Both the position numbers and the translations under genes were made by a program. The notes below the pieces were generated by a model. That model was not told the DNA's origin. It ran no database searches and saw only the letters and a program-made list of their open reading frames with translations. Source: Clostridiales bacterium (lineage in GTDB: Bacteria; Bacillota; Clostridia; Oscillospirales; CAG-272). From it: DNA of 64,000 nt. The DNA is taken from assembly GCA_012837425.1 (NCBI GenBank), contig DURE01000003.1, positions 8,486-72,485 of the forward strand, given 5' to 3'. Below, piece after piece: positions 11,589-21,390 of this stretch (position 1 is the first letter of the stretch; each line of letters begins with the position of its first letter).

Positions 11589-11680
11589 AAATTAATCAAA
11601 GCTCCGACCTGCGCAACCACGGGCCGAACAGGAAGCATGTCTCTCGGATGGATGATTTATTATAATATAGTACCGACTTT

Positions 11681-12100
11681 TTGTCAACAGCATTGTTATT
11701 TTGCGGCATTGATTTGCCTTGCTGTTGCTCCTGCGAGAATAAAACCGCGAAATTTGATTTTGAGGTAAAAGACGGTATTATTAAATATAACGGCCGCTAT
11801 TATTATGCTGAACTCACTGTAATAACGACCTGCAAATCCGGTAGGCTCTATTATTATGAGCATCCTCATACTCCTATTGAAGGTGGCAGGCCTGTCATAG
11901 AATTAGCGGATGTTACAGTTATAGAGGGCTCTATGGATGTTAGTCCGGCTTTAACTCAAGTGAACATACGCCGCGGAGATGTACTTGAGCGAACATGTTA
12001 TTTACCGGATGACTTCGAGCCGGGCGAATATACTGTAAAGGTGTCATGGAACAAATCCGAGGAAATCTTTGAAAATGTGAGATTTGTGAGGGAGGAGTAA
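11681..12100 (+). CDS. Hypothetical protein, possibly a 5'-truncated lipoprotein; AT-richer than its flanks
   Basis: 139 aa ORF starting at TTG directly after an in-frame stop. N-terminus STALLFCGIDLPCCCSC looks like the tail of a signal peptide or lipobox with no n-region. No recognisable RBS. Confidence 0.35.
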   Translation: MSTALLFCGIDLPCCCSCENKTAKFDFEVKDGIIKYNGRYYYAELTVITTCKSGRLYYYEHPHTPIEGGRPVIELADVTVIEGSMDVSPALTQVNIRRGDVLERTCYLPDDFEPGEYTVKVSWNKSEEIFENVRFVREE

Positions 12101-12151
12101 GGCGCTCAGCCATGACGAAGGCTTACTTGGACAATTCTGAAATAATTCTAT

Positions 12152-12238
12152 GGGGTTTTTGAATAAGAGTTTTCAGCGGGGGTGCGGGTGAGCCGCCCCC
12201 GCAAATCAGCATCGCGTGGGCGGCGCCCTCGTAAAAAC
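12152..12238 (+). repeat. Dispersed intergenic composite repeat, copy B
   Basis: GGGGTTTTTGAATAAGAGTTTTCAGCGGGGGTGCGGGTGAGCCGCCCCCGCAAATCAGCATCGCGTGGGCGGCGCCCTCG. Includes the second GC hairpin shared with copy E. Confidence 0.65.
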
Positions 12239-12269
12239 GGAAATTTAGAAAAACTTCACACGCGCATTA

Positions 12270-12298
12270 TTGAAATACATATTTTATTATGTTATACT
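12270..12298 (+). promoter_or_regulatory. Sigma-A-type promoter upstream of dut
   Basis: TTGAAA (12270-12275), 17-nt spacer, TGtTATACT (extended -10, 12290-12298). Confidence 0.55.
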
Positions 12299-12346
12299 AA
12301 AGGCGGCCGCGCATATGCGGCCTGATACAATCGAAGGATGTTACAA

Positions 12347-12814
12347 ATGGATATTGAAGTTAAAGTCAAGCTCACGCGCGGCGCGCCGCTCCCGGCATAT
12401 GCCACCGAGGGCTCGGCGGCACTTGATTTGCGGGCAGCGCTTCAGGGCGGGAGTATCACCATCCCGGCCGGCGGCAGGGCGCTGATACCCACCGGAGTGT
12501 CTATTTCGCCCCAGAACGCCGCTTCTTCAGAGCCAGACGCCGGGGTGGTTGCAATTGTTGCCGCCCGCAGCGGCCTGGCTATAAAGCACGGGATAACCCT
12601 CTCAAACGGCATCGGCGTCATAGACTCGGACTACCGGGGCGAGATTATGGTCGGGCTTACCAACACTTCGGACTGCAGTTTTGTGATCCGGGACGGCGAC
12701 AGAGTTGCCCAACTGATGTTTGTGCCGGTGCTGCGCGCCCGGCTTGTCGAGGCAGACACGCTTGACAGCACACAGCGCGGGGCGGGCGGCTTCGGCTCAA
12801 CGGGTATAAAGTAG
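12347..12814 (+). CDS. dut: dUTP diphosphatase
   Basis: ORF 12338..12814. ATG 12347 is better spaced from GAAGGA. Motifs AALDLRA, IDSDYRGEI, RVAQLMF, RGAGGFGSTG. Confidence 0.92.
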   Translation: MDIEVKVKLTRGAPLPAYATEGSAALDLRAALQGGSITIPAGGRALIPTGVSISPQNAASSEPDAGVVAIVAARSGLAIKHGITLSNGIGVIDSDYRGEIMVGLTNTSDCSFVIRDGDRVAQLMFVPVLRARLVEADTLDSTQRGAGGFGSTGIK

Positions 12815-12817
12815 AAC

Positions 12818-15025
12818 ATGAAACAAATAACAAAAAAACTGCTTGTCGCCGCGCTTTTGGTCATGCTGGTGGCAGGGGTTTTCGCCCCGTCTGTCTCGGC
12901 GGACGGCGGAGTCTGGGATTATGAGTACATAATAAACCCCGACGGCAGCGTCACAATAACCGCATATCATGGCAGCGGCAGCTTGGTTGCCATCCCCGAG
13001 AAGCTTGGCGGCCGACCGGTGCGCGAAATCGGCGCCGGTGTTTTTGCCGGGCAGAGCGAAATCAAGGAAGTTTATTTCGAAAACGGAGTATCGGTTATCT
13101 GCGAGGGCGCTTTTTCGGGCTGCAGCTTACTCTCGAGTTTGGTGCTGCCGCCCTCGGTTGAGATAATCGGGGACAAGGCCTTTTTTGGCTGCAGTTCGCT
13201 TGAAGAGATCGACTTTGCCGAGGGCTTGCGGGAAATCGGCGAGGGTGCCTTTTCGGGCACGGCGCTAGAATACGTCTGCCTTCCCGCAACGCTGGAGGCG
13301 GTAGGAGAGGGCGCCTTTGCTGGGAGCACGCCACTGAAATTCATTGTTGCCACAAACCCCTCTTCCGCAGCCATTTACGGCGCCGGCTGCTTCGGCGGGG
13401 CAAAGGTCTACGGGTATACCGGCTCGGCCTCCCGGAGCTTTGCCGCCACAGAGCAGCTTGAGTTCTCGGCGGTAAGCCAGGCGACAGACTTTCAGCACCA
13501 GATTTTCAGCGGCGGGGTGAGGATAACCGGCTGCACAGGCAGCGCCGAGGCGGTTGTCATCCCCGGCGAAATTGCCGGAAAGAAGGTTATCGCGATAGCC
13601 GACAAGGCTTTTTCGGCCGACGCCGGCAGGTGCGCTAATGCAAAAATAATCATTTTGCCCGACACGTTAAGAACAATCGGTAACTTTGCATTTTCCGGCT
13701 GCGCCTCGCTTGAATATATCCGCATGCCGCGCAGGCTTGAAGGCGCCATAGGGCAACATGCCTTTAAAAACTGCGCTTCTCTCAGGGGTATCGAAATTCC
13801 GAGGGGAATCTCCCGCATTGAAATTGAGGCCTTTTTGGGCTGCACATCGCTCTCCGAGGTCAGGCTTGCGGCAGATGTCGCCAAAATTGGCGCCGGCGCC
13901 TTCTATGGATGCGCGGCTCTCTCAAAGCTCATTTGCGAGGGCAGCGAGCCGGCCTGCGATTATCGGGACGCCGTCCCGGCTATGGTTTCATTTGCCGGGG
14001 TGGGCGACATGACGGTTTTCATAAGAAGCGGCACCGACTGGAAGCTGTCGGGCGGCAGGTGGTACCCGAATGGCACGGGCCCGGAATATAAGGGATTTCG
14101 GGTTGAGGAACTCGGCTGCGACAACTTTTTTGTTGAAAAAATCCTAACCCCGGTTTCCTGTGCCAACTCGGGGGTCTCGGAGTTTTACTGCCCCTTCTGC
14201 GGGCAGAGCTATATGGAGCACTACCAGAGGGAATCCCACCGATATGTCAGCACCGGCATTGTAAGCGGTATTGAGACCTTCAGGTGTATTCAGTGCAACG
14301 AGAGCTACATGCTCTATCATATAGAGCACGCCGAAATCTCCCCGACGGTCGACACCGAAAGACCCCAGGGGAGCATGATGACCTCTGCTGAGGTCAAATT
14401 CAACGGAAAACCGCTTACATACGGCATAGATTACACATATACCGAGGAGTACAACAGCGAGTACCGCCGGGTTGAGCTGGTGTTCTCCGGCCTTGGCGAG
14501 TACACCGGCACGCAAAAGCTGGTATACAGGATAGCCGACGGCAGGTGGATTGACGCCTACAAGGTGACTGTTGTCGGCGCGTCGGGCAGCGGTTGGTATT
14601 ATCACAACGATATAGTGGAAATGTCGGCAGACCCGCCGCCCGGAATGGAAGCAGGTGAATGGCATTTCAGCGAGGGTGTCGAGTATATGTCGATAAGGGG
14701 AAATGCGGCGACCTTTGTAATGCCCGCCCGGGATGTGACAGTAACCCTGACCTTTGTGCCGGTTGAGGAGACCACCACCGACACAGAGTACGGGGAAACG
14801 ACCACAACCGAGCTCGAGCCGGAAACCACGACCACGCCCCCGGAGGAGCAGACCACCGAGCTGCCCGACGAGCCCACCGAGCCACCCGAGACCGAGCCCT
14901 TTATAATTACCCCCGAGGGTTGGGAGCTTGTCAAAAAAGCAATTATTTGGGGCGTGGTGCTGCTGGTTTCGCTGAGCGCGCTGGTTGTCGCAAGTATAAT
15001 ACTCCTCAAAAAGGAAAAAACTTAG
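12818..15025 (+). CDS. Cell-surface leucine-rich-repeat (BspA-type) protein with C-terminal TM anchor
   Basis: 735 aa. Signal peptide, then repeated ...IGxxAFxGCxxLxxI... units. Cys pairs CPFCGQSY / CIQCNESY. T/E/P-rich stalk, then the WGVVLLVSLSALVVASIILL helix followed by KKEKT. Confidence 0.8.
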   Translation: MKQITKKLLVAALLVMLVAGVFAPSVSADGGVWDYEYIINPDGSVTITAYHGSGSLVAIPEKLGGRPVREIGAGVFAGQSEIKEVYFENGVSVICEGAFSGCSLLSSLVLPPSVEIIGDKAFFGCSSLEEIDFAEGLREIGEGAFSGTALEYVCLPATLEAVGEGAFAGSTPLKFIVATNPSSAAIYGAGCFGGAKVYGYTGSASRSFAATEQLEFSAVSQATDFQHQIFSGGVRITGCTGSAEAVVIPGEIAGKKVIAIADKAFSADAGRCANAKIIILPDTLRTIGNFAFSGCASLEYIRMPRRLEGAIGQHAFKNCASLRGIEIPRGISRIEIEAFLGCTSLSEVRLAADVAKIGAGAFYGCAALSKLICEGSEPACDYRDAVPAMVSFAGVGDMTVFIRSGTDWKLSGGRWYPNGTGPEYKGFRVEELGCDNFFVEKILTPVSCANSGVSEFYCPFCGQSYMEHYQRESHRYVSTGIVSGIETFRCIQCNESYMLYHIEHAEISPTVDTERPQGSMMTSAEVKFNGKPLTYGIDYTYTEEYNSEYRRVELVFSGLGEYTGTQKLVYRIADGRWIDAYKVTVVGASGSGWYYHNDIVEMSADPPPGMEAGEWHFSEGVEYMSIRGNAATFVMPARDVTVTLTFVPVEETTTDTEYGETTTTELEPETTTTPPEEQTTELPDEPTEPPETEPFIITPEGWELVKKAIIWGVVLLVSLSALVVASIILLKKEKT

Positions 15026-15059
15026 GAAAGAATAACCCGAAAGGACCAAAAACCAGGTA

Positions 15060-15662
15060 ATGAGAATTATTCTGGCGTCGGGTTCGCCGCGCCGCATGGA
15101 GATACTCGCGCGTCTTGGTGTGGATTTTGAGGTGGTGGTCTCCGAGGCCGACGAAAACACAGATATAAAAGACCCGGCTGCTCTTGTGCGCGAGCTCTCG
15201 CTGCGCAAGGGGAAGTCGGTCCTTGAGCGCCTGACCGGCGCGGGCGAAAACACCCGGGACAGGCTGATAATATCCTCCGATACGGTGGTGTTCTGCGGCG
15301 GCGAGATACTCGGGAAGCCTTCTGACCGCGCCGACGCGCAGCGCATGCTGAGAATGTTGTCGGGCCGGGGACACTGGGTTTATACCGGCGTGGCGGCAAT
15401 ATACGGCGGGCGAGAGGTCGCCGACACAGCCCGGGCCGAGGTTGTGTTCAGAGAACTTGGCGAGGATGAAATCAAAGCATATATTGACACCGGCGAGTAC
15501 GCCGACAAAGCCGGGGCCTACGCGGTTCAGGGTAGGGCGGCGCGCTTTGTCCGGGAGGTCCGGGGGGATTATCTTACGGTTGTCGGCCTGCCGGCAAAAA
15601 CGCTCTCGGATTTGCTTTTGCGCGAGTTTGACATAAGACTGCCGGTGCGCCAGCAGAACTGA
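15060..15662 (+). CDS. maf: Maf-like nucleoside triphosphate pyrophosphatase (septum formation protein)
   Basis: 200 aa. MRIILASGSPRRMEIL..., ...DKAGAYAVQG... Position upstream of mreB is typical. Confidence 0.9.
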   Translation: MRIILASGSPRRMEILARLGVDFEVVVSEADENTDIKDPAALVRELSLRKGKSVLERLTGAGENTRDRLIISSDTVVFCGGEILGKPSDRADAQRMLRMLSGRGHWVYTGVAAIYGGREVADTARAEVVFRELGEDEIKAYIDTGEYADKAGAYAVQGRAARFVREVRGDYLTVVGLPAKTLSDLLLREFDIRLPVRQQN

Positions 15663-15729
15663 GTCGGAAATATTATTTTCCGCGGGGCGGCAGGCGGCCA
15701 CCGCAACTTACCGGAAGGATGGGAGTAAG

Positions 15730-16733
15730 ATGGGGTAAAGCAGCTCGGGCTCGACTTGGGCAGCTCGAACACAAGAATTGTCACAAAAGAAAAGGGAATT
15801 GCGCTCCTGTCCCCGACGGCCGTGGCCTTTGAGAAAAAGAGCGGAAGGATTGTGGCACTCGGAGCCGGAGCCAAGCGGATGCTCGGAAAGACACCGGTGG
15901 GAATTGAGGCCCTGCGGCCGGTTCAGGGCGGGGTTATAGCCGAACCCGAAGCCGCGACAAGGATGCTCAAGCGCTATTTCAAGCGGCTTGAGGCAGTATC
16001 GCTCTTCCACCGGCCCGACGTTATAGTCTCGGTGCCCTGCAATATCAATGAGGTAGAGCGGCGCGCCCTTGAGGACACGGTCTACGACGCCGGCGCACGA
16101 CAGGTCTTTATCATTGAAGCCCCGCTGGCCGCGGCGTTGGGTGCCGGGCTGCCGGTGGCCGGGGCAAAGGGCAACATGATAGTCAATATCGGCGGGGGCT
16201 GCACACAGGTGGCGGTTTTGAGTATGGGCGGAATTGTGATTTCCGACTCGCTCCGGGTAGGCGGGATTGAGCTCGACCGCGCCATAGTGCAGTTCCTGCG
16301 CAAGAAATACGAGCTCTTGTGCGGCGAGCTTACAGCCGAGATGCTTAAAATAAAAATCGGCACGGCCTGGCCGAAGTTTGAGCGGGGAATCTCCGAGGTG
16401 GCGGGACGGGACCTTAGCGGCGGCCTGACCGCGACAATAAAGGTAAGCTCGGCTGACATATGCGAGGCGCTCTACGGCCGGCTTGAGCAGATAACCGCCA
16501 TGATAAAAACCACCCTTGAGGAGACGCCGCCCGAGCTGGCCTCGGACATTTACGATATCGGTATAGTGCTGACCGGCGGCGGCGCAATGCTCGAAGGTCT
16601 GCCCGAGCTGATAACCAGGCTGACCGGAATAAGAACAACCCGGGCCAAAAACGCCCCTGCGTGTGTCTGCCGGGGGATTTACTGGTGTCTTGGGAACCCG
16701 GCCGCCGCGCGTTTCGTCAGGTACAGGGCGTAG
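15730..16733 (+). CDS. mreB: Rod-shape protein MreB; N-terminus interrupted (ATG GGG TAA at 15730, body in the -1 frame from 15735)
   Basis: ORF track starts at TTG 15756 (GSSNTRIV...), which has no RBS and loses the conserved G-x-D-L-G. GGAAGGATGGGAG precedes ATG 15730. One extra G, or a -1 slip on GGGG, gives MGVKQLGLDLGSSNTRIV. Body motifs: RPVQGGVIA, NIGGGCTQVAVLS. Confidence 0.85.
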
Positions 16734-16808
16734 CCCCGTGAGGGGTTGACGGCGCACCGCCTGTTTTGAGCGTTCTCGGAACACACCTCGGGGCAAGGGG
16801 ACATTATA

Positions 16809-17681
16809 ATGCGGCTGTTTAAAAACAAGTTTTTTGTAATTGCGCTGGCAATAGCGCTTGTGCTGACCACCTGCACGACAGTGCTGTCGGTAATGGGGGT
16901 GGCTTCGCCGCTGCGAAGCGTTCTCGGAGCGGTAGCTCTTCCCTTTCGCTGGTGTGCAGCCAAGGTCGCCCAGGGGCTTGCAGGTTTTTCGGCATATTTT
17001 ACCGAATTTGACCGGCTGAGAGAAGAAAATTCAGAACTCAGCCGCGAAGTTGCCGAGCTGCGGCAAAGACTGGCAGACGCAGAGCGTATGGCCGAGGAAA
17101 ACGCGGCGCTCCGCGAGTTTTTCGGGCTTGAGAGCCTTGAGGTTGAGTGGGAGCTTGTCGACGCGGTGGTTATCGGCCGGGAGGCGGGGGGATATATGGC
17201 GGTATACACCCTCAATCGCGGCAGCCTGCACGGAATTGAGAGGGGAATGGCGGTTGTCTCGGCCGATGGGGTGGTAGGATATGTCAAAGAAACCGGAATT
17301 TCGTGGTGCAAGGTTGTGCCGATAACCGAGACCACCTCGGCCCTCGGGGCACATATTGAAAAAAGCGGAATTTCGGGGCTGGTGGTAGGTGATTTTGAAC
17401 TGCGCGACAGGGGGCGTTGCAAAATGACATATATTGAAAACGGGGAGGGCCTCTCCCCCGGCGATTTCGTGGTCACATCGGGCACCGGCGGCATATATCC
17501 GGCCGGGCTGCCGGTCGGCGTGGTGGAGGAAGTGGTGCCCGACCCGCTCAGCCGCACATATACGGCGACCATAATCCCGGCTGCCGACTTTGACAACCTC
17601 ACGCGGGTCATGATTATCACCTCATATTCGATAACCAAGGCCGACGAAACCCAACACACCGAAGAGGAGAGCCTGCCATGA
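16809..17681 (+). CDS. mreC: Rod-shape protein MreC
   Basis: 290 aa. N-terminal TM, a coiled-coil (ENSELSREVAELRQRLADAE), and C-terminal VVTSGTGGIYPAGLPVG. Confidence 0.9.
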   Translation: MRLFKNKFFVIALAIALVLTTCTTVLSVMGVASPLRSVLGAVALPFRWCAAKVAQGLAGFSAYFTEFDRLREENSELSREVAELRQRLADAERMAEENAALREFFGLESLEVEWELVDAVVIGREAGGYMAVYTLNRGSLHGIERGMAVVSADGVVGYVKETGISWCKVVPITETTSALGAHIEKSGISGLVVGDFELRDRGRCKMTYIENGEGLSPGDFVVTSGTGGIYPAGLPVGVVEEVVPDPLSRTYTATIIPAADFDNLTRVMIITSYSITKADETQHTEEESLP

Positions 17682-18241
17682 GGCCGAAGGTCAGGTTTTT
17701 CACCCCGACCGCGGCTCTTTTGCGCCGTATTACGATTTACGGTACACTCCTGTTTTTTTTGATAATTATACAGACCTCGCTGCCCTTTATCCCGATATTC
17801 AGGCGGGCGGTGCCGGGGCTGGTACTGGTCTCGGCCGCCGCAATAGGCTTTTTTGACTCGGAGTATGCCGGCGCCATTGCCGGCATGGTGGCCGGCACAG
17901 CGCTTGACGCGCTGGGCGGCGTCTCACTCTCCCTGGCGCCGCTTGCCGGTTTTGCCGCCGGGTATTTCTGCGGGACTGTCGCCGGGAAAAAGCTGCCTCG
18001 CGAGCTGCCGGCCTTCTCGGTTTGCCTTGCCGCGGTATCTGCCTTAAACCTCTTTGTCACACTTGTCTGCGCTTATGCGGCAAACTCCGAGCTTCGCCCT
18101 GTGCGGCTGATTGTATATACCCTCCTACCCGGGTTTTTCTATACGCTGCTGTTCGGCATACCGGTGGCGCTGCTGACTTTTCTTTGCGCAAGACTTGCCG
18201 GGAAGACAAAAAGAGAACGACAGGCAACAGCCGAAAGATAA
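17678..18241 (+). CDS. mreD: Rod-shape protein MreD
   Basis: 187 aa polytopic membrane protein. ATGA overlap with mreC; canonical position. Confidence 0.75.
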   Translation: MRPKVRFFTPTAALLRRITIYGTLLFFLIIIQTSLPFIPIFRRAVPGLVLVSAAAIGFFDSEYAGAIAGMVAGTALDALGGVSLSLAPLAGFAAGYFCGTVAGKKLPRELPAFSVCLAAVSALNLFVTLVCAYAANSELRPVRLIVYTLLPGFFYTLLFGIPVALLTFLCARLAGKTKRERQATAER

Positions 18242-18314
18242 GGCGCCCCGGTGTCGGGCAGAATGTTTACTCGCCCTATGGCAACCCACAATACTTGAAA
18301 GGAACAGGCTTGAA

Positions 18315-19346
18315 ATGGAGAGCAACCTCACCCCCGAGACCGATGTGCTGGCGGCGCGCCGCCGCTTCTCAAGGCTCGGCATCGCGGCGGCCGCCATGTA
18401 TCTTATAACCATCGGTGGGCAGCTGCTTTTCGGCTGGCTGGCAAGAACATATGCGCCGCACCTGATTGAGACCGACTGGTTCTTCTGGACGCTGACACAG
18501 GCGCCGATGTATCTTTTGGCTTTTCCGGTGTTCTGCCTTATTGTGCTGCCGATGCCCAAATCCACCCCCGAGGAGAACAGGCTGGACGCCGGCCGATGGT
18601 TTATTATTCTAATGATATCAACAACGGTTTTGTATGTCGGAGGACAGGTCGGCAGTGCCGTAATGTCAAGAATTAACCAGGCATTAGGCAGGGACGTGGC
18701 AAACGTGGCTTCCGAGGTGTTGCAGAACTCAAATCTGCTGATGTCGCTGTTTGCCGCCGTAATAATCGCGCCGGTGCTTGAGGAGCTGATATTCCGCAAA
18801 ATAATAATCGACCGCACGAGGGTCTACGGAGAGAAGACCGCGATGCTGCTGTCGGCGCTTATCTTCGCGCTCTTTCACGGCAATCTCTATCAGTTCTTCT
18901 ATGCCCTGGGGCTTGGGCTGGTCTTCGGGTATGTTTATCTGAAAACCGGCCGGGTGCGCTACACAATCTTTCTGCACATGGCAATAAACCTCGTAAACGG
19001 CGTTATTGCGGCCTGGATTCTTAAAAACATCGACCTTGTAAAGCTTCAGGAGCTGAGCGAGAAAATGTCACTCCCCGCAACCGAAGAGCAAATAAATGAA
19101 TTCTTAGCCGAGATAACCCCGGCGCTTCCCTATTTGTTCGCGCTTCTTGCATACGTACTGTTGCTCATGGGGTCGGCAATTGCCGGATTCGCGCTGCTGA
19201 TAATAAACAGAAAACAAATAAATTTCAGGCAACCCGAAATCCCGCTGCCGCGCGACCGCGCAATAAGCACGATTTTTCTGAACTTCGGTATGATTGCGAT
19301 GGTGGCGGTCTGCACCGCGGTGTTTGTAATCGGCTTGTTTATGTGA
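18315..19346 (+). CDS. CPBP (CAAX/Abi) family intramembrane metalloprotease
   Basis: ORF 18195..19346. ATG 18315 follows GAAAGGAACAGG. Motifs APVLEELIFRKI, ALIFALFHG, FLHMAINL. Confidence 0.8.
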   Translation: MESNLTPETDVLAARRRFSRLGIAAAAMYLITIGGQLLFGWLARTYAPHLIETDWFFWTLTQAPMYLLAFPVFCLIVLPMPKSTPEENRLDAGRWFIILMISTTVLYVGGQVGSAVMSRINQALGRDVANVASEVLQNSNLLMSLFAAVIIAPVLEELIFRKIIIDRTRVYGEKTAMLLSALIFALFHGNLYQFFYALGLGLVFGYVYLKTGRVRYTIFLHMAINLVNGVIAAWILKNIDLVKLQELSEKMSLPATEEQINEFLAEITPALPYLFALLAYVLLLMGSAIAGFALLIINRKQINFRQPEIPLPRDRAISTIFLNFGMIAMVAVCTAVFVIGLFM

Positions 19347-19359
19347 TAAAAGGCAAAAA

Positions 19360-21387
19360 ATGAACCGTACGGCAAAAAGAATCACGGCGGTTGTAGCAGT
19401 CTTTTGTCTTGCCTGCTTTGTTTTCACGGCAAGACTTGTAAGTCTGCAGCTAATTAACCGGAACTCATATGCGCCCGCGCAGAATGCGACATATACCCGC
19501 GAGAGTATTATTGTGGCCGAGCGCGGCAGTATCTGTGACCGGTATGGCCGGGTTTTGGTCTGCAACGAGTATTCATATAATCTTGAAATCGATTATTATT
19601 CGCTTCCCGATACCCTGAAAGAAGAAAACGAGGCCTTTCTCGCGCTGGCCCGGGCAGTGCGAGAGGCCGGACACGAAGTCCTGCTCTCTCCCGATTACCC
19701 GCTTGCCGGGAGCTATCCCGATATGTCCTATGTCCCGGGCGAGGCAGCCGGGGCGGTGCGGGACAGAATTATTGCCCGCTACCGCAGAAAGAGCAATATA
19801 ACCGCCCCCGGGCTTGCAGAATATCTGGCAGGCCGATATGATTTGCTCGACAAAAACGGCAACCTTGTTTGCACTCCCGAGGAAGCGCTGCTTGTCATGC
19901 AGCTTCGTTGGAGCCTGATTGAGCAGGGCTTCAGCGAAACAGGAAGCTATACGCTGGCCGAGAATATCGGGCTTGACCTTATGAGTGTCGTCAGCGAGCG
20001 TCAAATCCCCGGCGGCATAGTCCGGCGGACGAGCCGGCGGAGCTATACATACCCGGGGTATGCCTCGCATATCTTAGGCCAGCTCGGCAAAATATACGCC
20101 GAGGACTGGCCCTATTACCGCGAGCGGGGCTATCCGATGGATGCCCTGGTCGGTATATCGGGCTGCGAGAAGCTGTTCGAGGAATACCTGCGCGGAGTTG
20201 ACGGCGTGATGGTGACCGAATACGACAAGGACGGCTACATAATCAACAAATACATAAAAACCCCGCCGACACCCGGGCGGGATGTCTGGCTGACTATTGA
20301 CATAGACCTGCAGATTGCCGCCGAGGACGGCCTGTGCGCCAATATTGACTATGTTAAGGAGCATTCGACCGGCAATCTGACCGGCGAGGACGCAGCTGCC
20401 GGCGCCTTTTGCATGGTGGAGGTCGACACCGGTCAGGTGCTGGCTATTGCCTCATATCCCACGTACGACCTGACCACCTATAATAAAGATTATGAAAAAC
20501 TGGCGTCAGCCGAGGTAAGCCCGCTTTTAAACCGGGCAATAAACGGGCTTTACGCGCCCGGCTCGATCTACAAAATCGGGGTGGCGGCCGCCGCGCTGAC
20601 CGAGGGGATTATATCCCCCGATACCATAATCAACACGACCGGCAAATATACCTATTTCCCGGACTACCAGCCGCGCTGCTGGATTTATGTGAGCACCGGG
20701 GGCAGCCACGGGCCGATAAATGTCAGCGAGGCGATAAGGGTGTCCTGCAACTATTTCTTTTACGAGCTCGGCCGCAGACTGGGTATCGACAGGCTGAACA
20801 AATACTCAAGCCTCTGCGGGCTGGGGCAGCCGACCAGCTTTGAGCTCGGAGGGGCTACCGGCATCCTGGCCGGCCCGGCCTACCGGAACCTAAACGGCCT
20901 TGCCGCCTGGAAGGAGACCGATACAATAGTCGCCGCAATCGGGCAGTCTGAAAACCTCTTTTCCCCGCTGCAGATAAATATGTACATAGCCGCAATAGCC
21001 AACGGAGGCACGCGTTATGCGGCGACCCTGTTTTACGGGGTGGCAGACTTCGGTTCCGACCAAAGCATTATACCCCCGCCGCCGTCCGTGCTCAGCAGTT
21101 TTGAACTTAGCGGAAGCACCCGCAGGACCCTGCTCCAGGCAATGGAGAGCGTGGTTAGCTCCTCCTGGACTATATCCGACATGTTTCGGCGCGTGCCGGT
21201 GCCGGTTGCCGGCAAGACCGGAACCGCGCAGGTGGGCGAAACCAAGAGCGAGAACGCCCTATTTGTCGCGCTCGCTCCCGCAGCCGACCCGAAGGTTGCG
21301 GCTGTCTGCGTTATCGAGCAGGGTCACGCCGGCTCCTACGCGGCCTATACCCCCGGCAGGGTTTTCGAGGTGTATTTCAATAAATGA
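19360..21387 (+). CDS. mrdA: Penicillin-binding protein 2 (elongation transpeptidase)
   Basis: 675 aa. N-terminal TM. SxxK (GSIYK), SxN (VSCN), KTG (GKTGTAQV). Follows mreBCD. Confidence 0.9.
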   Translation: MNRTAKRITAVVAVFCLACFVFTARLVSLQLINRNSYAPAQNATYTRESIIVAERGSICDRYGRVLVCNEYSYNLEIDYYSLPDTLKEENEAFLALARAVREAGHEVLLSPDYPLAGSYPDMSYVPGEAAGAVRDRIIARYRRKSNITAPGLAEYLAGRYDLLDKNGNLVCTPEEALLVMQLRWSLIEQGFSETGSYTLAENIGLDLMSVVSERQIPGGIVRRTSRRSYTYPGYASHILGQLGKIYAEDWPYYRERGYPMDALVGISGCEKLFEEYLRGVDGVMVTEYDKDGYIINKYIKTPPTPGRDVWLTIDIDLQIAAEDGLCANIDYVKEHSTGNLTGEDAAAGAFCMVEVDTGQVLAIASYPTYDLTTYNKDYEKLASAEVSPLLNRAINGLYAPGSIYKIGVAAAALTEGIISPDTIINTTGKYTYFPDYQPRCWIYVSTGGSHGPINVSEAIRVSCNYFFYELGRRLGIDRLNKYSSLCGLGQPTSFELGGATGILAGPAYRNLNGLAAWKETDTIVAAIGQSENLFSPLQINMYIAAIANGGTRYAATLFYGVADFGSDQSIIPPPPSVLSSFELSGSTRRTLLQAMESVVSSSWTISDMFRRVPVPVAGKTGTAQVGETKSENALFVALAPAADPKVAAVCVIEQGHAGSYAAYTPGRVFEVYFNK

Positions 21388-21390
21388 TTT

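Noticed and set aside
14144-17659. Long minus-strand ORFs 14144..15346 (400 aa), 15006..15701, 15708..16796 (362 aa) and 16679..17659 (326 aa)
   Set aside because: They are antisense to the LRR gene, maf, mreB and mreC, all of which carry strong family motifs. They are Arg/Pro/Gly-rich, with no RBS and no recognisable domains.
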